From contig CAYOLO010000001.1 in the NCBI GenBank assembly GCA_964404855.1, positions 530,736 through 594,735 of the forward strand: a stretch of 64,000 nt of DNA, in the 5' to 3' direction. This document shows, one piece after another, positions 38,645 through 48,528 of the stretch. The position numbers and the translations under genes are program-made. The stretch comes from an uncultured Gammaproteobacteria bacterium. Lineage in GTDB: Bacteria; Patescibacteriota; Microgenomatia; CAYQLK01. Position 1 is the stretch's first letter; each line of letters opens with the position of its first letter. The notes under the pieces were generated by a model. It was not told where the DNA came from. It saw only the letters and a list, made by a program, of their open reading frames with translations, and searched no databases.

Positions 38645-39655
38645 TTAAAAAATGTGTTTGACGTCGCGATATGTACCGTCTTTTAGTTTGTATTCTGCTT
38701 CTTTAAAGCCTTTTATGCATTCATTCTTCCCTAATTCTAGAGTAATATTCTCACAATTTTTAATATTGGTTGATAGTAAAGTTTGATAACTTTCGACGTT
38801 TTCTGATTTGACATATGATTCGCTCCACATCATAAGTCCAAGTCCCCAAAAGCATTTTTCTTGAGCCGTTTGGTTAGGGGCTTTGGTGCAGTAGGAAACG
38901 ATTTGGCTAACAGGAAGTTTAAGTGTTCTTAGCCAATATTCAGGTTTTAATGTGTAACAGTTGGAATTATCAGTTAAATAACAAGGGTAATAAGGGTTTT
39001 TTGGATCAAATTCGAGCTTGGGCACTAATCCCCTTCCGTCAGGTCCAAGGCGTGCAAATGTCGATTCCATGACAGTTCCATCTTTGCATCTGTTGGCTGT
39101 ATCAAGATCTGAGGCTTGGTCGCAAATTTCGTTTGCTTTAATAAAAGCTTCGTCAGTAAAGCCCAAATTATGCAATATACTGTGTCCAATAATGTGAAGA
39201 CAATTAGAAGCGTGGTTGCCTAGTGTGATGGTTCTACAGCCTTCTTCTATTTTACGCATATCATAGTTTGTACCCCTAACTGCTTCGCTTAAAAATCCGT
39301 GAGCACACCCAAAATAAGGATCTTGGAGGTTACTATCAAAGCATTTTGCCACGCCACCTACTCCAAAGGATTTAAACATTTCTTGACCAATATAATGAGA
39401 GATTGAGTGATACTCTCTATAAGTAATGGGAAGATTTTCAGCATAAATTAAGGCTTCTTTATATGAATATTTTTTAAGAATGTCTTTAACTTTTGTAATT
39501 TGTTTGTCGTAATCAAATGGGCCTGATGATTTTGACTCGGCAATTAGTTGGCTGATTTCTGAGTTATAGTTAGATTGAGATTTGATTGAATAAACAGCTC
39601 CTGTTACAAATAAAACTAATGATAATAGTAATAGTTTTTTGTAGCCAATTTTCAT
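38645..39655 (-). CDS. secreted Cys/His-rich protein, hypothetical
   Basis: Signal peptide. 14 Cys. CAHGF...HIIGHSILH His-rich cluster. Confidence 0.5.
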   Translation of the reverse strand: MKIGYKKLLLLSLVLFVTGAVYSIKSQSNYNSEISQLIAESKSSGPFDYDKQITKVKDILKKYSYKEALIYAENLPITYREYHSISHYIGQEMFKSFGVGGVAKCFDSNLQDPYFGCAHGFLSEAVRGTNYDMRKIEEGCRTITLGNHASNCLHIIGHSILHNLGFTDEAFIKANEICDQASDLDTANRCKDGTVMESTFARLGPDGRGLVPKLEFDPKNPYYPCYLTDNSNCYTLKPEYWLRTLKLPVSQIVSYCTKAPNQTAQEKCFWGLGLMMWSESYVKSENVESYQTLLSTNIKNCENITLELGKNECIKGFKEAEYKLKDGTYRDVKHIF

Positions 39656-41373
39656 TACCAGCTCCCTCCGCCCCCGCCGCCAAATCCTCCACCAGAAAAT
39701 CCCCCTCCACCACTGCCGCTGCTGCTTGGACGGGAAGCTGAAGTTGAGGAGAAAGAATTAGAAAAGCTTGTGATATTAGAGCTAAATAAAACTGGGTTAA
39801 AATGATGTGAGCCTGTATACCATGAATTGTTCTGCGGTTTTAACCCCATTTCTTTAGCAGCGTTGGCGAATTTTTCAACAACCCCGAACATAATGGCATA
39901 AGGCAACACTTCGTTAAATAAATTGTTATCCTCATAAAATTTTTGAGGATATTTTTGAGCTTTTTCAATGAATTCTTTATATCCTCTTGATCTTTGATAA
40001 AGCTCAAATCCGTATGAGGTTCTGCTTGGCATAATTCGACTAGATATAATTATTATTAGACCACAAATACTTAACCACCACATTAGAAAAAACCCTAAGA
40101 AAAATAATACAAAGCCAATGGCAAGATATTTTTTTCTAATTTTGTCTGGATTGGAGTTAAAAATGGTTTTGCTGGTCATATCCTTGTAGGCTTGGTCTTT
40201 GATATTTTTTAGATCGGTGTAAAAAGTATTTTTTAATGAGGATAGCTCAACCTTATCTTTTGTTTTAAATAATTTATCAATTAACATTTTTTCATACGGA
40301 ATAAGTTTGCTTTTAGTGTTTTTTTGGGTAATTTTTATTAAAGTATAGTCTGTTTTGTCTGGAAGAAGAGAGCGCTTGGTTTTGGTTTCTTTTATTTGTA
40401 GATAACCACGAACTGCTAAATCAATAATTGTGGCAGTGATATCTACCGTATCTGCTTTTTGATCAAACAAAATTCCAATTTCAGCTGGTCTTAGTTTGTC
40501 GGGTGGAGAAAATTCAGCAGCAATTGACCTGCTAAAAAAAATTGACTTGTTTCTATTTCCTTCGACCTTGTCCCTACCTGATTTGAACCAAAGCAGGAAA
40601 ATAACAATAAGAGTAATTATCGGAGCAACTGGTATTAGGAAAATATTTAATAAAAGTAAAAACTCTATCAGTTTTTCTGAAAACGTTTTTTGTTCGGTAA
40701 CGGATAAAATCGGAATTATTCCAGCCTGGTAGCTAGCTGCAATCGTAAAATTGTCACCGTAATGTAGCGGTTTTGTGGTTGAGAAACTTGTTAAATTTTT
40801 ACCTTGATCAATTCTGCAGTTTTCGCCTGATCCGGTTGGTCCTTGATAACAGGCCGTTGATACAATTTCAGTATTATTGATAGTTATTGTAGCTTTAGCT
40901 TTTGTAATGTCGACTGGCCACTGATTACCTGTAACATTCCAATACAGTTCGTCGTAATTGTCAAAGTTTTGAAGTATTCCCTTTTGAGAATAATAAATTG
41001 TGTAGATTTGTTTACCCGAAATTTTTTTGTCTGGATCCCCAATTTTTATAACCAAGTTGTTACCTTCCTTATATGTAGAAAATTTTTCAGGCTTACTATT
41101 TCTTATGACCGAGGAAACAGAGATATTTGTGAAATGCTTAGACCCGTCGTTATTGAAGTAATTTAATGGGATTTTTCTGAATATTCCGTGTTTTTCAACA
41201 AAGAAATCGGCTTCTATTGTTTCAGAAATTAGCACATCGCCTGTGGGTTCAATACTAATAGCTGATAAAAAATTGTTAATTATCCATTGCGATTGTTCCT
41301 GTGCGAAAGTGTTTTTTGCAAAAGAGAATAAGGTAATAAAACTTACAAAAATCACTAAAAGTTTTCTGTACAT
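39655..41373 (-). CDS. membrane protein with extracytoplasmic N-domain, TM pair(s) and Gly-rich C-terminus (DUF2207-like)
   Basis: Signal peptide, large N-terminal domain, TM helices, C-terminal ...SGSGGGGFSGGGFGGGGGGSW. Stop overlaps the upstream gene start by 1 nt. Confidence 0.5.
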   Translation of the reverse strand: MYRKLLVIFVSFITLFSFAKNTFAQEQSQWIINNFLSAISIEPTGDVLISETIEADFFVEKHGIFRKIPLNYFNNDGSKHFTNISVSSVIRNSKPEKFSTYKEGNNLVIKIGDPDKKISGKQIYTIYYSQKGILQNFDNYDELYWNVTGNQWPVDITKAKATITINNTEIVSTACYQGPTGSGENCRIDQGKNLTSFSTTKPLHYGDNFTIAASYQAGIIPILSVTEQKTFSEKLIEFLLLLNIFLIPVAPIITLIVIFLLWFKSGRDKVEGNRNKSIFFSRSIAAEFSPPDKLRPAEIGILFDQKADTVDITATIIDLAVRGYLQIKETKTKRSLLPDKTDYTLIKITQKNTKSKLIPYEKMLIDKLFKTKDKVELSSLKNTFYTDLKNIKDQAYKDMTSKTIFNSNPDKIRKKYLAIGFVLFFLGFFLMWWLSICGLIIIISSRIMPSRTSYGFELYQRSRGYKEFIEKAQKYPQKFYEDNNLFNEVLPYAIMFGVVEKFANAAKEMGLKPQNNSWYTGSHHFNPVLFSSNITSFSNSFSSTSASRPSSSGSGGGGFSGGGFGGGGGGSW

Positions 41374-41485
41374 ATTAATTTTTTACAGGTATTTGTAACA
41401 TGTATAAAAATATTAATAATTGAGATTTGAACATACCGAGTTTAATTATAGACTAAATTGTGATGATTATTTGAGGTTTTAGTCA

Positions 41486-41520
41486 TAAAAAAAGCAGCTA
41501 TTTAATTTGCTGCTTTTTAA
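41486..41520 (-). terminator. intrinsic terminator (hairpin flanked by A-run/T-run; reads as terminator on the minus strand after tRNA-Pro)
   Basis: AAAAAGCAGC-N10-GCUGCUUUUU. Confidence 0.5.
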
Positions 41521-41525
41521 TATTG

Positions 41526-41599
41526 TCGGGGTGAAAGGACTTGAACCTTCGGCCTCTGAGTCCCAAACTCAGCGCGCTAGCCAGCTGCGCCACACCCCG
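41526..41599 (-). tRNA. tRNA-Pro (anticodon UGG)
   Basis: The reverse complement CGGGGUG...anticodon loop UUUGGGA...CACCCCG folds as a cloverleaf. CCA is not encoded. Confidence 0.85.
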
Positions 41600-41748
41600 T
41601 TTTTTAAGACAAAACTAATTCTGTAATAGTTGAATCGCCCTATGCTTTTTTCTTAAGACATTAGAGTAGGAAGATTTTATCAGAAATATTCAAAAATTGG
41701 ATTGCACTTTGAATATATTTTTCTAAACCCTTTTTACTACTCTACATG

Positions 41749-41832
41749 TGGGCAAGGAGGGACTCGAACCCTCAAGACCTTGCGGCCAACAGATTTTAAG
41801 TCTGTCGCGTCTACCAATTCCGCCACTCGCCC
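41749..41832 (-). tRNA. tRNA-Leu (anticodon UAA)
   Basis: Reverse complement GGGCGAG...anticodon loop CUUAAAA... with a long variable arm. T-arm GGGUUCGAGUCCC. Confidence 0.85.
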
Positions 41833-41887
41833 TAAACGCAATTAATTCTGCAAACGATATTTTAGCCTTAAAACGATAAAAAAGCGA

Positions 41888-42826
41888 TTAGTTAATAATC
41901 GTATGCAGATGATCAAGTATTTGTCGCATTTCTTCTCTACGATTTTGACTGTTAAGCATCGTAATAATTATTTCATGGCCATTGATGTCTGCGACTGTGA
42001 TTAAACAATATCCTGCCTTTGGTGTGTAGCCGGGCTTTAAACCCTTTACGCCTGGGTAAGTAGTAAGAAGATTGGTTTCATTATATAAGTCAAAAGATTT
42101 GTGATAGTCGTTGGCTGGGATTAGATAATTATATGTTCCAGAAATTGTTTGCATAATTGGATAGTTGGACCAAACATATGCGGCAAGTTGGGTCATGTCT
42201 CTGGCTGTTGAATAATCTTCCCCATCACCCTCAAGTCCCGATGAATTAACAAAATATGTATTATCCATACCTATATATTTTGCTTTTTGATTCATGAGAT
42301 CCACAAAATTTTGCTCACTTCCAGCAATACTTTCAGCGAGTGTGATGGCTGCATCATTACCGGACGGAAGCATAAGACCATAAAGTAACTCTTCAACGGT
42401 TAGTTTTTCATTTACTGAGAGAAGCATAGAATCTTCGCCAACATTAGCTGCTTTTTCTGAAACTGTAAAAATTGATTCTAATGGTGAATTGTCTAATGCA
42501 ACTGCACCAGTTAGGATTTTGAGAGTACTTGCTGTCGGCATTTTAGTATTAGGGTTTTTGGCAAGAATCGATTTTTTGCTAGTTATGTCATAAACATATA
42601 TCGACTGAGCTGTTAGCTGGTCCAATAGTCCGGATGAGGTTGCTTCTTTGGCAACATTAAGCGAATTTTTAGGACCAAAGTTATATTCTTTGGCTCCTGC
42701 GATTATAGGATTGAATTGAAAATTATTATTGATTGGACTGTCGGAATAAATTTTTATGCCAGCGATAATAAAGAAAAACACTAAAACTGGAGCGAGTATT
42801 TTAAATATTTTAGTTTTTTGGAACAT
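41888..42826 (-). CDS. D-alanyl-D-alanine carboxypeptidase (peptidase S11, DacA-like)
   Basis: SxxK (ASTLK), SGND, and KPGYT (KTG-like) motifs. Signal/TM at the N-terminus. Confidence 0.8.
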   Translation of the reverse strand: MFQKTKIFKILAPVLVFFFIIAGIKIYSDSPINNNFQFNPIIAGAKEYNFGPKNSLNVAKEATSSGLLDQLTAQSIYVYDITSKKSILAKNPNTKMPTASTLKILTGAVALDNSPLESIFTVSEKAANVGEDSMLLSVNEKLTVEELLYGLMLPSGNDAAITLAESIAGSEQNFVDLMNQKAKYIGMDNTYFVNSSGLEGDGEDYSTARDMTQLAAYVWSNYPIMQTISGTYNYLIPANDYHKSFDLYNETNLLTTYPGVKGLKPGYTPKAGYCLITVADINGHEIIITMLNSQNRREEMRQILDHLHTIIN

Positions 42827-42902
42827 AAGAATTATCCTATCAATTTATAAAAACTTTTTTTAGTTTAATTGACTAATTATTAGGATTGGTTACAATTTGT
42901 GA

Positions 42903-43160
42903 ATGGAAAGAGCAGAGATAGGTAGACTAAGAGGTAAAGAGTTAGTTGAAAAAGTAAATCGTGCGCTTAATCTTGGTTTAGGGGTGGACGCTAATACATA
43001 TTTTGAAGCCATAACAGAAGGGTTGGACGCCATAGAGATTAAAAGAGATTCTTGGCCAACATTTCAGGCTTTAGGGGAGTTCCAAAGAAGTATTGGGGCA
43101 TCAGCTATTCTTAATGAAGATAACAAACCAATTAGGAACTCAAAAAGAAGACAGTCGTAA
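42903..43160 (+). CDS. small hypothetical protein
   Basis: 85-aa ORF in an otherwise empty gap. No motif. Confidence 0.3.
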   Translation: MERAEIGRLRGKELVEKVNRALNLGLGVDANTYFEAITEGLDAIEIKRDSWPTFQALGEFQRSIGASAILNEDNKPIRNSKRRQS

Positions 43161-43223
43161 TTGCTGTCAACTTGAAAGTAGGACTTAATAATTGATAGAA
43201 TTCTGCCGGTCACAGTAATACTT

Positions 43224-43297
43224 GCGGGTGTGGTTCAATGGTAGAACATTGCCCTTCCAAGGCGAAGACAGGGGTCCGATTCCCCTCACCCGCTCCA
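43224..43297 (+). tRNA. tRNA-Gly (anticodon UCC)
   Basis: GCGGGUG...anticodon loop CUUCCAA...CACCCGC-U-CCA. CCA is encoded. Confidence 0.85.
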
Positions 43298-43390
43298 GAT
43301 TTTTTGCTGAAAAATTTTTCATTAAATATTTACTATTGAATTTTATCTTATAGTATTATATGATGTGTGCCCTGAATATATTACATTTGG

Positions 43391-44779
43391 ATGTTATTTC
43401 TGGCTTATAATTATATGAAAAAATTGAATAATCAAAAAAATTCTGTAGCTTCTTATTATTTAGATGATTTTTTAGGAAAAAAATTACATAAAAATTTAGG
43501 TAAAATTTTAGTAATATCGGATGATTTGGGTGTAAATATTGTCCAAAAACATATTAAATCATTTGATTTGATTTTGGTTTCTCCAAAATCTAATTTGATT
43601 ACCAAAATTTCTAAAATAAAGTCAGGATTTTACTCCACAATTGTCGTCTTGAATGCTTTTAATTCAGTTTTTGATTACGAAAATTTATTAATTGAGTTAG
43701 TTAGAATTTTAAAGAAAGACGGAAAAATATTTGCAACACTTAATTCAAATCCATTTGATCAAAAAAAGTCTGTTGGGTTTTGGGGATTTACTGAAGCTTC
43801 GACTAGATACTTGTTTAGTAAATATTTTAAGAGAAAGGATTTAGTTTTTTCAGGTTACGGCAATGTATTAATGGGCAGATATCATCTTGATGGTTTGGAT
43901 GTGTCTGATTTAAACCAAGACCAGTTAAGTTATTACGATCCATATTATCCAATTATTATTGGGGTTGTTGCGATAAAAACAACAAGCCAAATTACCAGTA
44001 ATAAACCAGCTGTATCCATAGAAGACAAAAAGACTCTCAAACTTGGAGTAGCGGCAAAGTTTAAACGTGCGTACTATTTTTTAGACACGCCTTTGGATAT
44101 TGCAAGATTTGTGAGAGGATTTTTTGTTAGACGACTAAAAACTAGATCCTCGTATTTAAACAAAAAAGGTTTAAATCCAATTAGCGACATGTATGGATTT
44201 GATCGCGGTAAGCCAGTTGATCGTGTATATATTGAACAGTTTTTAGCAGAGAACAAAAAATATATTAAGGGGGCGTGTCTTGAGATTGTTGATAGTCATT
44301 ACACAAAAATGTTTGGTACAAAAAAAGTAACTCGATTTGATGCTTTAGATATTTTTCCCTCAAAAAAAGCAAATATTCATGGAGATTTAAGAAATCTTAC
44401 CCAAGTTAAATCAAATGAATACGATTGTTTAATAATTACCCAGACATTTAATGTTGTGGATGATTATTACTCTGTAATTAGCGAATCATATAGAATTCTT
44501 AAGCCTGGTGGAGTACTTCTTGTAACAATGCCAACAATTAGTCCATGTCAAAATTTGAAGGTAAATATGTGGAGATTTAGTAATGATGGAATGAAATATG
44601 CGATTTCTAAATATTTTGGAAAAAAGAATGTTTTATCCTCTGGATATGGTAACTCAGAAGCTGTTAAGGCTTTTTGGGTTGGCTTAGCAAAAGAAGATAT
44701 GACTGAAAAAGAGATTAATTTAAAAACGAATGAGTTACCATTAATAATTGGAGCAGTTGCTATTAAAAATAATGCTTAG
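43391..44779 (+). CDS. protein with two tandem class I SAM-methyltransferase-like domains
   Basis: Both halves end in a Methyltransf_11-like segment (...LKKDGKIFATLNS / ...LKPGGVLLVTMPT). Confidence 0.5.
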   Translation: MLFLAYNYMKKLNNQKNSVASYYLDDFLGKKLHKNLGKILVISDDLGVNIVQKHIKSFDLILVSPKSNLITKISKIKSGFYSTIVVLNAFNSVFDYENLLIELVRILKKDGKIFATLNSNPFDQKKSVGFWGFTEASTRYLFSKYFKRKDLVFSGYGNVLMGRYHLDGLDVSDLNQDQLSYYDPYYPIIIGVVAIKTTSQITSNKPAVSIEDKKTLKLGVAAKFKRAYYFLDTPLDIARFVRGFFVRRLKTRSSYLNKKGLNPISDMYGFDRGKPVDRVYIEQFLAENKKYIKGACLEIVDSHYTKMFGTKKVTRFDALDIFPSKKANIHGDLRNLTQVKSNEYDCLIITQTFNVVDDYYSVISESYRILKPGGVLLVTMPTISPCQNLKVNMWRFSNDGMKYAISKYFGKKNVLSSGYGNSEAVKAFWVGLAKEDMTEKEINLKTNELPLIIGAVAIKNNA

Positions 44780-45530
44780 AAACCTAAAAAAATCTATATT
44801 TAACTCAATTTTAGATCAGGACTACCACAGTCCTACTACTACTGATTTGTCGAACAAAATCGTAGTTGTAACAGGGGCGAGTCGTGGGGTAGGTAAGGCA
44901 ATTTCAAAGGCATTATTAAACGAAGGTTCTAAATTAGTTTTGATTTCAAGAAATATTGAAGAACTTAAGGCTGATTTCTTGGGAGTTGATAATGTTTTAT
45001 TGATAAATGCAGATTTGACTAATGAATCTGATCTTGATAAAGCGATTGAGTTAATACTCAAAAGGTTCGGAAAAATCGACGTTTTGGTTAATAACGCTGG
45101 AATTAACATCCATAAATCAATTGAAAATGTGACCAAGAATGAGTTTGAATCCGTAATTAATTTGAATTTAACCGCTGTTTTTATGTTGTGTAAAAAGGTA
45201 ATTCCTTTGATGAAAACGCAAAAATCAGGATTAATAATTAATATTGGATCGAAAATTAGTCACAATACTAATGTTGGACCAAATAAAGTGACGTATGCAG
45301 CATCTAAATATGCATTAGAAGGTTTCTCTCTTGCTTTAAGTAAGGAACTTTATTCCTTTAATATCAGGGTTAGTTGTTTAATGCCTGCAACTATTAATAC
45401 CTTTCTTAGTAAAAAAGCTAAAGATTTTATGTCGCCATATGATATTGCTTCAGTTGTGATTATGTTAATTAAGTTTAATAAAATTAGCTTTGAAAGTGTG
45501 GTTTTTTCCTCGAGTAAACAAAATATTTAA
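44772..45530 (+). CDS. SDR-family oxidoreductase
   Basis: TGASRGVGKA (TGxxxGxG), NNAG, YAASK (YxxxK). The ATG at 44772 is preferred over the upstream ATG at 44748 that overlaps the preceding gene. Confidence 0.8.
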   Translation: MLRNLKKSIFNSILDQDYHSPTTTDLSNKIVVVTGASRGVGKAISKALLNEGSKLVLISRNIEELKADFLGVDNVLLINADLTNESDLDKAIELILKRFGKIDVLVNNAGINIHKSIENVTKNEFESVINLNLTAVFMLCKKVIPLMKTQKSGLIINIGSKISHNTNVGPNKVTYAASKYALEGFSLALSKELYSFNIRVSCLMPATINTFLSKKAKDFMSPYDIASVVIMLIKFNKISFESVVFSSSKQNI

Positions 45531-45558
45531 TTTGTTTTTATAGCAACAATTTAATAAA

Positions 45559-45588
45559 TTGGTAAAAACAAAAAAACTCGTTTATAAT
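45559..45588 (+). promoter_or_regulatory. candidate sigma70 promoter
   Basis: TTGGTA - 18 nt - TATAAT. Confidence 0.35.
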
Positions 45589-45714
45589 ATCCCGACCGCT
45601 AGAACAAGCAAATACATACTACAAGTAATATTAAGAATATTAGATAGGAAAGAATAAAACTTAAGACCCAAGTTTAGGAATAATTTCCGCTGCTCAACTT
45701 TAGGTTAATAAAAT

Positions 45715-46191
45715 ATGAATTTACCTTACGAGGATAAAACCTCGACTGTGACAATATTCCCCTTTTTGCTCATTAGCTTGCTTTCTGGCGTGAGTGGGTT
45801 TTTTATATACAAAATTATGTTTTCTGCTCGAGGTGTTGATTGGATGACCTTCGGACTATGGGTATTTGTTTCAGTGTTTTGTTTGTTTTTCTTGACTAAA
45901 TTTGTATATTTGAATGTACGTGTTGAGCGAAAAAATCTTCTTGTTTCGTGGGGTGTTTTCGGTGAGTCGATTCCAGTATCAGAAATTTACAGGTTAAAAA
46001 TTAAAACCGCTGGTTTTACTGATTTTTTTACAGCGTTTTTTAGCTTAGGATTATCCAAAAATCGTAAAGAATTTGTAAACAGAAAAGGTGTAGGCGTGGA
46101 GTTAAAAGTTAAGGGTGGAAAATCGTATTTTATATCGACCGATAGACCCGAAGAGCTGGTTTCTATAATACTCAAAGCACAATTGTTGTAA
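45715..46191 (+). CDS. small membrane protein, hypothetical
   Basis: Two N-terminal TM helices and a ~90-aa soluble C-domain. Confidence 0.45.
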   Translation: MNLPYEDKTSTVTIFPFLLISLLSGVSGFFIYKIMFSARGVDWMTFGLWVFVSVFCLFFLTKFVYLNVRVERKNLLVSWGVFGESIPVSEIYRLKIKTAGFTDFFTAFFSLGLSKNRKEFVNRKGVGVELKVKGGKSYFISTDRPEELVSIILKAQLL

Positions 46192-46214
46192 TTAAAATTT
46201 GTTAGAATTGAGCA

Positions 46215-46577
46215 ATGAAAGCTTTTTGGTTGGTTTTTGCGATTACAATTACTTTTTTTGTTCTTGGTTGTTCTAAAGCTGGTTCGAACGCAGAAACTAA
46301 TAAGTTTGAGAGTGTTGTTTTAACTGTGGAAGAGGTTGCAAAACACGCATCAGAGGAAGATTGCTGGATATTAATTAGAAATAAGGTTTATGGTGTTACA
46401 GATTTTATTAATGAACACCCAGGTGGTAGTTTTAGAATAATCCCAAGCTGCGGTAAGGACGCAACCGAAGGGTTTGAGACACAGGGCGGTCGAGGATCTC
46501 ACAGTCAAGATGCATATCAATTATTGCCGGAATTTTTGCTAGGTGAAATAGGGGCAACAATTGAAATGAAAAGATAA
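46215..46577 (+). CDS. cytochrome b5-like heme-binding domain lipoprotein
   Basis: Lipobox LGC. EHPGG and a downstream GSHS His as the two axial ligands. Start is 24 nt after the previous stop. Confidence 0.6.
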   Translation: MKAFWLVFAITITFFVLGCSKAGSNAETNKFESVVLTVEEVAKHASEEDCWILIRNKVYGVTDFINEHPGGSFRIIPSCGKDATEGFETQGGRGSHSQDAYQLLPEFLLGEIGATIEMKR

Positions 46578-48224
46578 ATGCAAGAACAACTGCCCAATCA
46601 ACAAATTTCTTTTTGGAACAAACATTTATCTAAGTTTATATTCGTAGGCATTTTTATTGTTGCTAGTGTTATGCGTTTTATTGGACTTTCTGATGGTAAG
46701 AGCTTTGATATTAATAGAGCGGTAATAAAGGAAATTGTTCAAGTTCAACAGATAAACGGTGCGGTAGCTTATCAAAATTGGCCAATGTTGCGCCTAGAGG
46801 GTGCAAGATTTGTGCTGCCCAAGGGATTTGTACACAAAAACAGTGACCCATTTTTTGAGAGCATCTTACCGTCATTTTTGGTTTATCCGATATATTTTCT
46901 TCTAAGTTTTGATCTGGAAAAAATTATATTTGTATACTCAATTGTTGGGGGACTATCTGCTGCAATGGTCTTTTTGGCTGCTCAATTATTTTTAAGCAGA
47001 TTTAAATCACTTTTTGCGGGTATTTTTTACTCGTTTGGCTTTTGGCCGATATTTGAGTCGCATTTGTTACTCAATTTATCTTTTTCCCCGCTTCTAGGCA
47101 TTTTAATTTTTTATTTCACAATAAAAATTATTAAATACGGAAATGGCTTAAAAAATTGGATTTTTCTGACATTATTTTTATCACTCTCGATTCAGTTTCA
47201 GGCGATAAATATTTTATATGTACTCGCAACTTTGATTGCGTTCTTTTTGTTTCGCAAACCAGATACTTTTTTATCTTGGAAAAAAAACTTGTTCGTATTA
47301 ATTATTTTTGTTTTGTGCACACTGCCATTTATTATGGCCGAGGTTTTAGGCGGTTTTGAGCAGACACAAGCATGGCTTAGCTATTTACCTAGATTGTTGT
47401 TAATTAATATTGTCGATATTTATAAAGATGTTTTTGTATCTATTGGTCAAGTAGTATCGGTTTTTGTACTGCCGACTGTAATTGTTGAACCTTTTTATAA
47501 ATGGTTAATTGGGTTGATTTTTGTTTTGGTGTTATTTTTGAGGTTGCGATTTTTAAACCGAAATTCACAAAAACATGTTGTTGAATATTATCTATTAATT
47601 TTGCTCAGTGTATGCAGCATTATGATTTATTTTAACTATTTGGCATATTTTAAAAATTCTACCTATGATTTTACTTTGGTAAAAAGTTTAGGCTTCTTTT
47701 GGCCGATTTTGACAATCTTTTTAACGTATTCAGTTACAAAATCATACAGAGATAAATATTTCCCAATTACGGTGATTGTTGGTTTTTTCGTTTTAATGAA
47801 TTTGTTTGTTTGGGCTAAAAATTTGGACTCAAACAAATTAATAAACACTAGTTACAAATTAAAGACTCAGATTATTGACTTGGTAGCGTTAAATTCTGAC
47901 AATCATAAGTCAGAAATACTTTTGGAGCTAGAGAATTTTGATCAGTCTATCTTTGTATTTTTGATGAACCAACGGAATCATTTTATTTTAGATAAGATAA
48001 ACGGAACCGAAATTTCAACAGTAGATATTAAGTGGTTGGGTAATAATGTGTTGTTTGTTTCATTCATTGGTAGGGATGTAGTTTTTGTGGGCACGCGTCC
48101 GAATACTCCACGAGATAATTCTACTAGCAAGAAATATTTTGTAATTTCAGATCGAAATAATAGTGATCAAATTGGTGAAGAAGTAGGTAGGATTCAAAAC
48201 TTCAGACTGTATCAGCTCAAATAG
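46578..48224 (+). CDS. polytopic membrane protein, possible GT-C-type glycosyltransferase
   Basis: 548 aa, >10 TM. Context only. Confidence 0.4.
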   Translation: MQEQLPNQQISFWNKHLSKFIFVGIFIVASVMRFIGLSDGKSFDINRAVIKEIVQVQQINGAVAYQNWPMLRLEGARFVLPKGFVHKNSDPFFESILPSFLVYPIYFLLSFDLEKIIFVYSIVGGLSAAMVFLAAQLFLSRFKSLFAGIFYSFGFWPIFESHLLLNLSFSPLLGILIFYFTIKIIKYGNGLKNWIFLTLFLSLSIQFQAINILYVLATLIAFFLFRKPDTFLSWKKNLFVLIIFVLCTLPFIMAEVLGGFEQTQAWLSYLPRLLLINIVDIYKDVFVSIGQVVSVFVLPTVIVEPFYKWLIGLIFVLVLFLRLRFLNRNSQKHVVEYYLLILLSVCSIMIYFNYLAYFKNSTYDFTLVKSLGFFWPILTIFLTYSVTKSYRDKYFPITVIVGFFVLMNLFVWAKNLDSNKLINTSYKLKTQIIDLVALNSDNHKSEILLELENFDQSIFVFLMNQRNHFILDKINGTEISTVDIKWLGNNVLFVSFIGRDVVFVGTRPNTPRDNSTSKKYFVISDRNNSDQIGEEVGRIQNFRLYQLK

Positions 48225-48234
48225 CTTAATTGTG

Positions 48235-48308
48235 TGCGCCCGGCAGGATTCGAACCTGCGACCCTTCGGTTCGAAGCCGAATACTCTAATCCACTGAGCT
48301 ACGGGCGC
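48235..48308 (-). tRNA. tRNA-Arg (anticodon UCG)
   Basis: Reverse complement GCGCCCG-UA-GCUCAGUGGAUUAGAGU...loop CUUCGAA...GGUUCGAAUCC...CGGGCGC-A. CCA is not encoded. Confidence 0.8.
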
Positions 48309-48423
48309 ATAAATTACTGAATACAAAGATGAATTATACCCTATATTATTATCATTGATAATTACTACTTTTGATAACCCCATAATATTTTTTAAGCAAT
48401 TGTGCACATTTTTACTCAATATG

Positions 48424-48452
48424 TTGAATTGAGATTAGTTTAATGCTATAAT
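48424..48452 (+). promoter_or_regulatory. sigma70-type promoter for the fusion gene
   Basis: TTGAAT - 17 nt - TATAAT. ~75 nt upstream of the 48529 ATG. Confidence 0.45.
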
Positions 48453-48528
48453 CCCGCATCCAATATTGTGCTGTAGTAGCAGTACATTTTTTTGTGAATT
48501 AATAGTTTATTAAATGTAACTTATAGTA

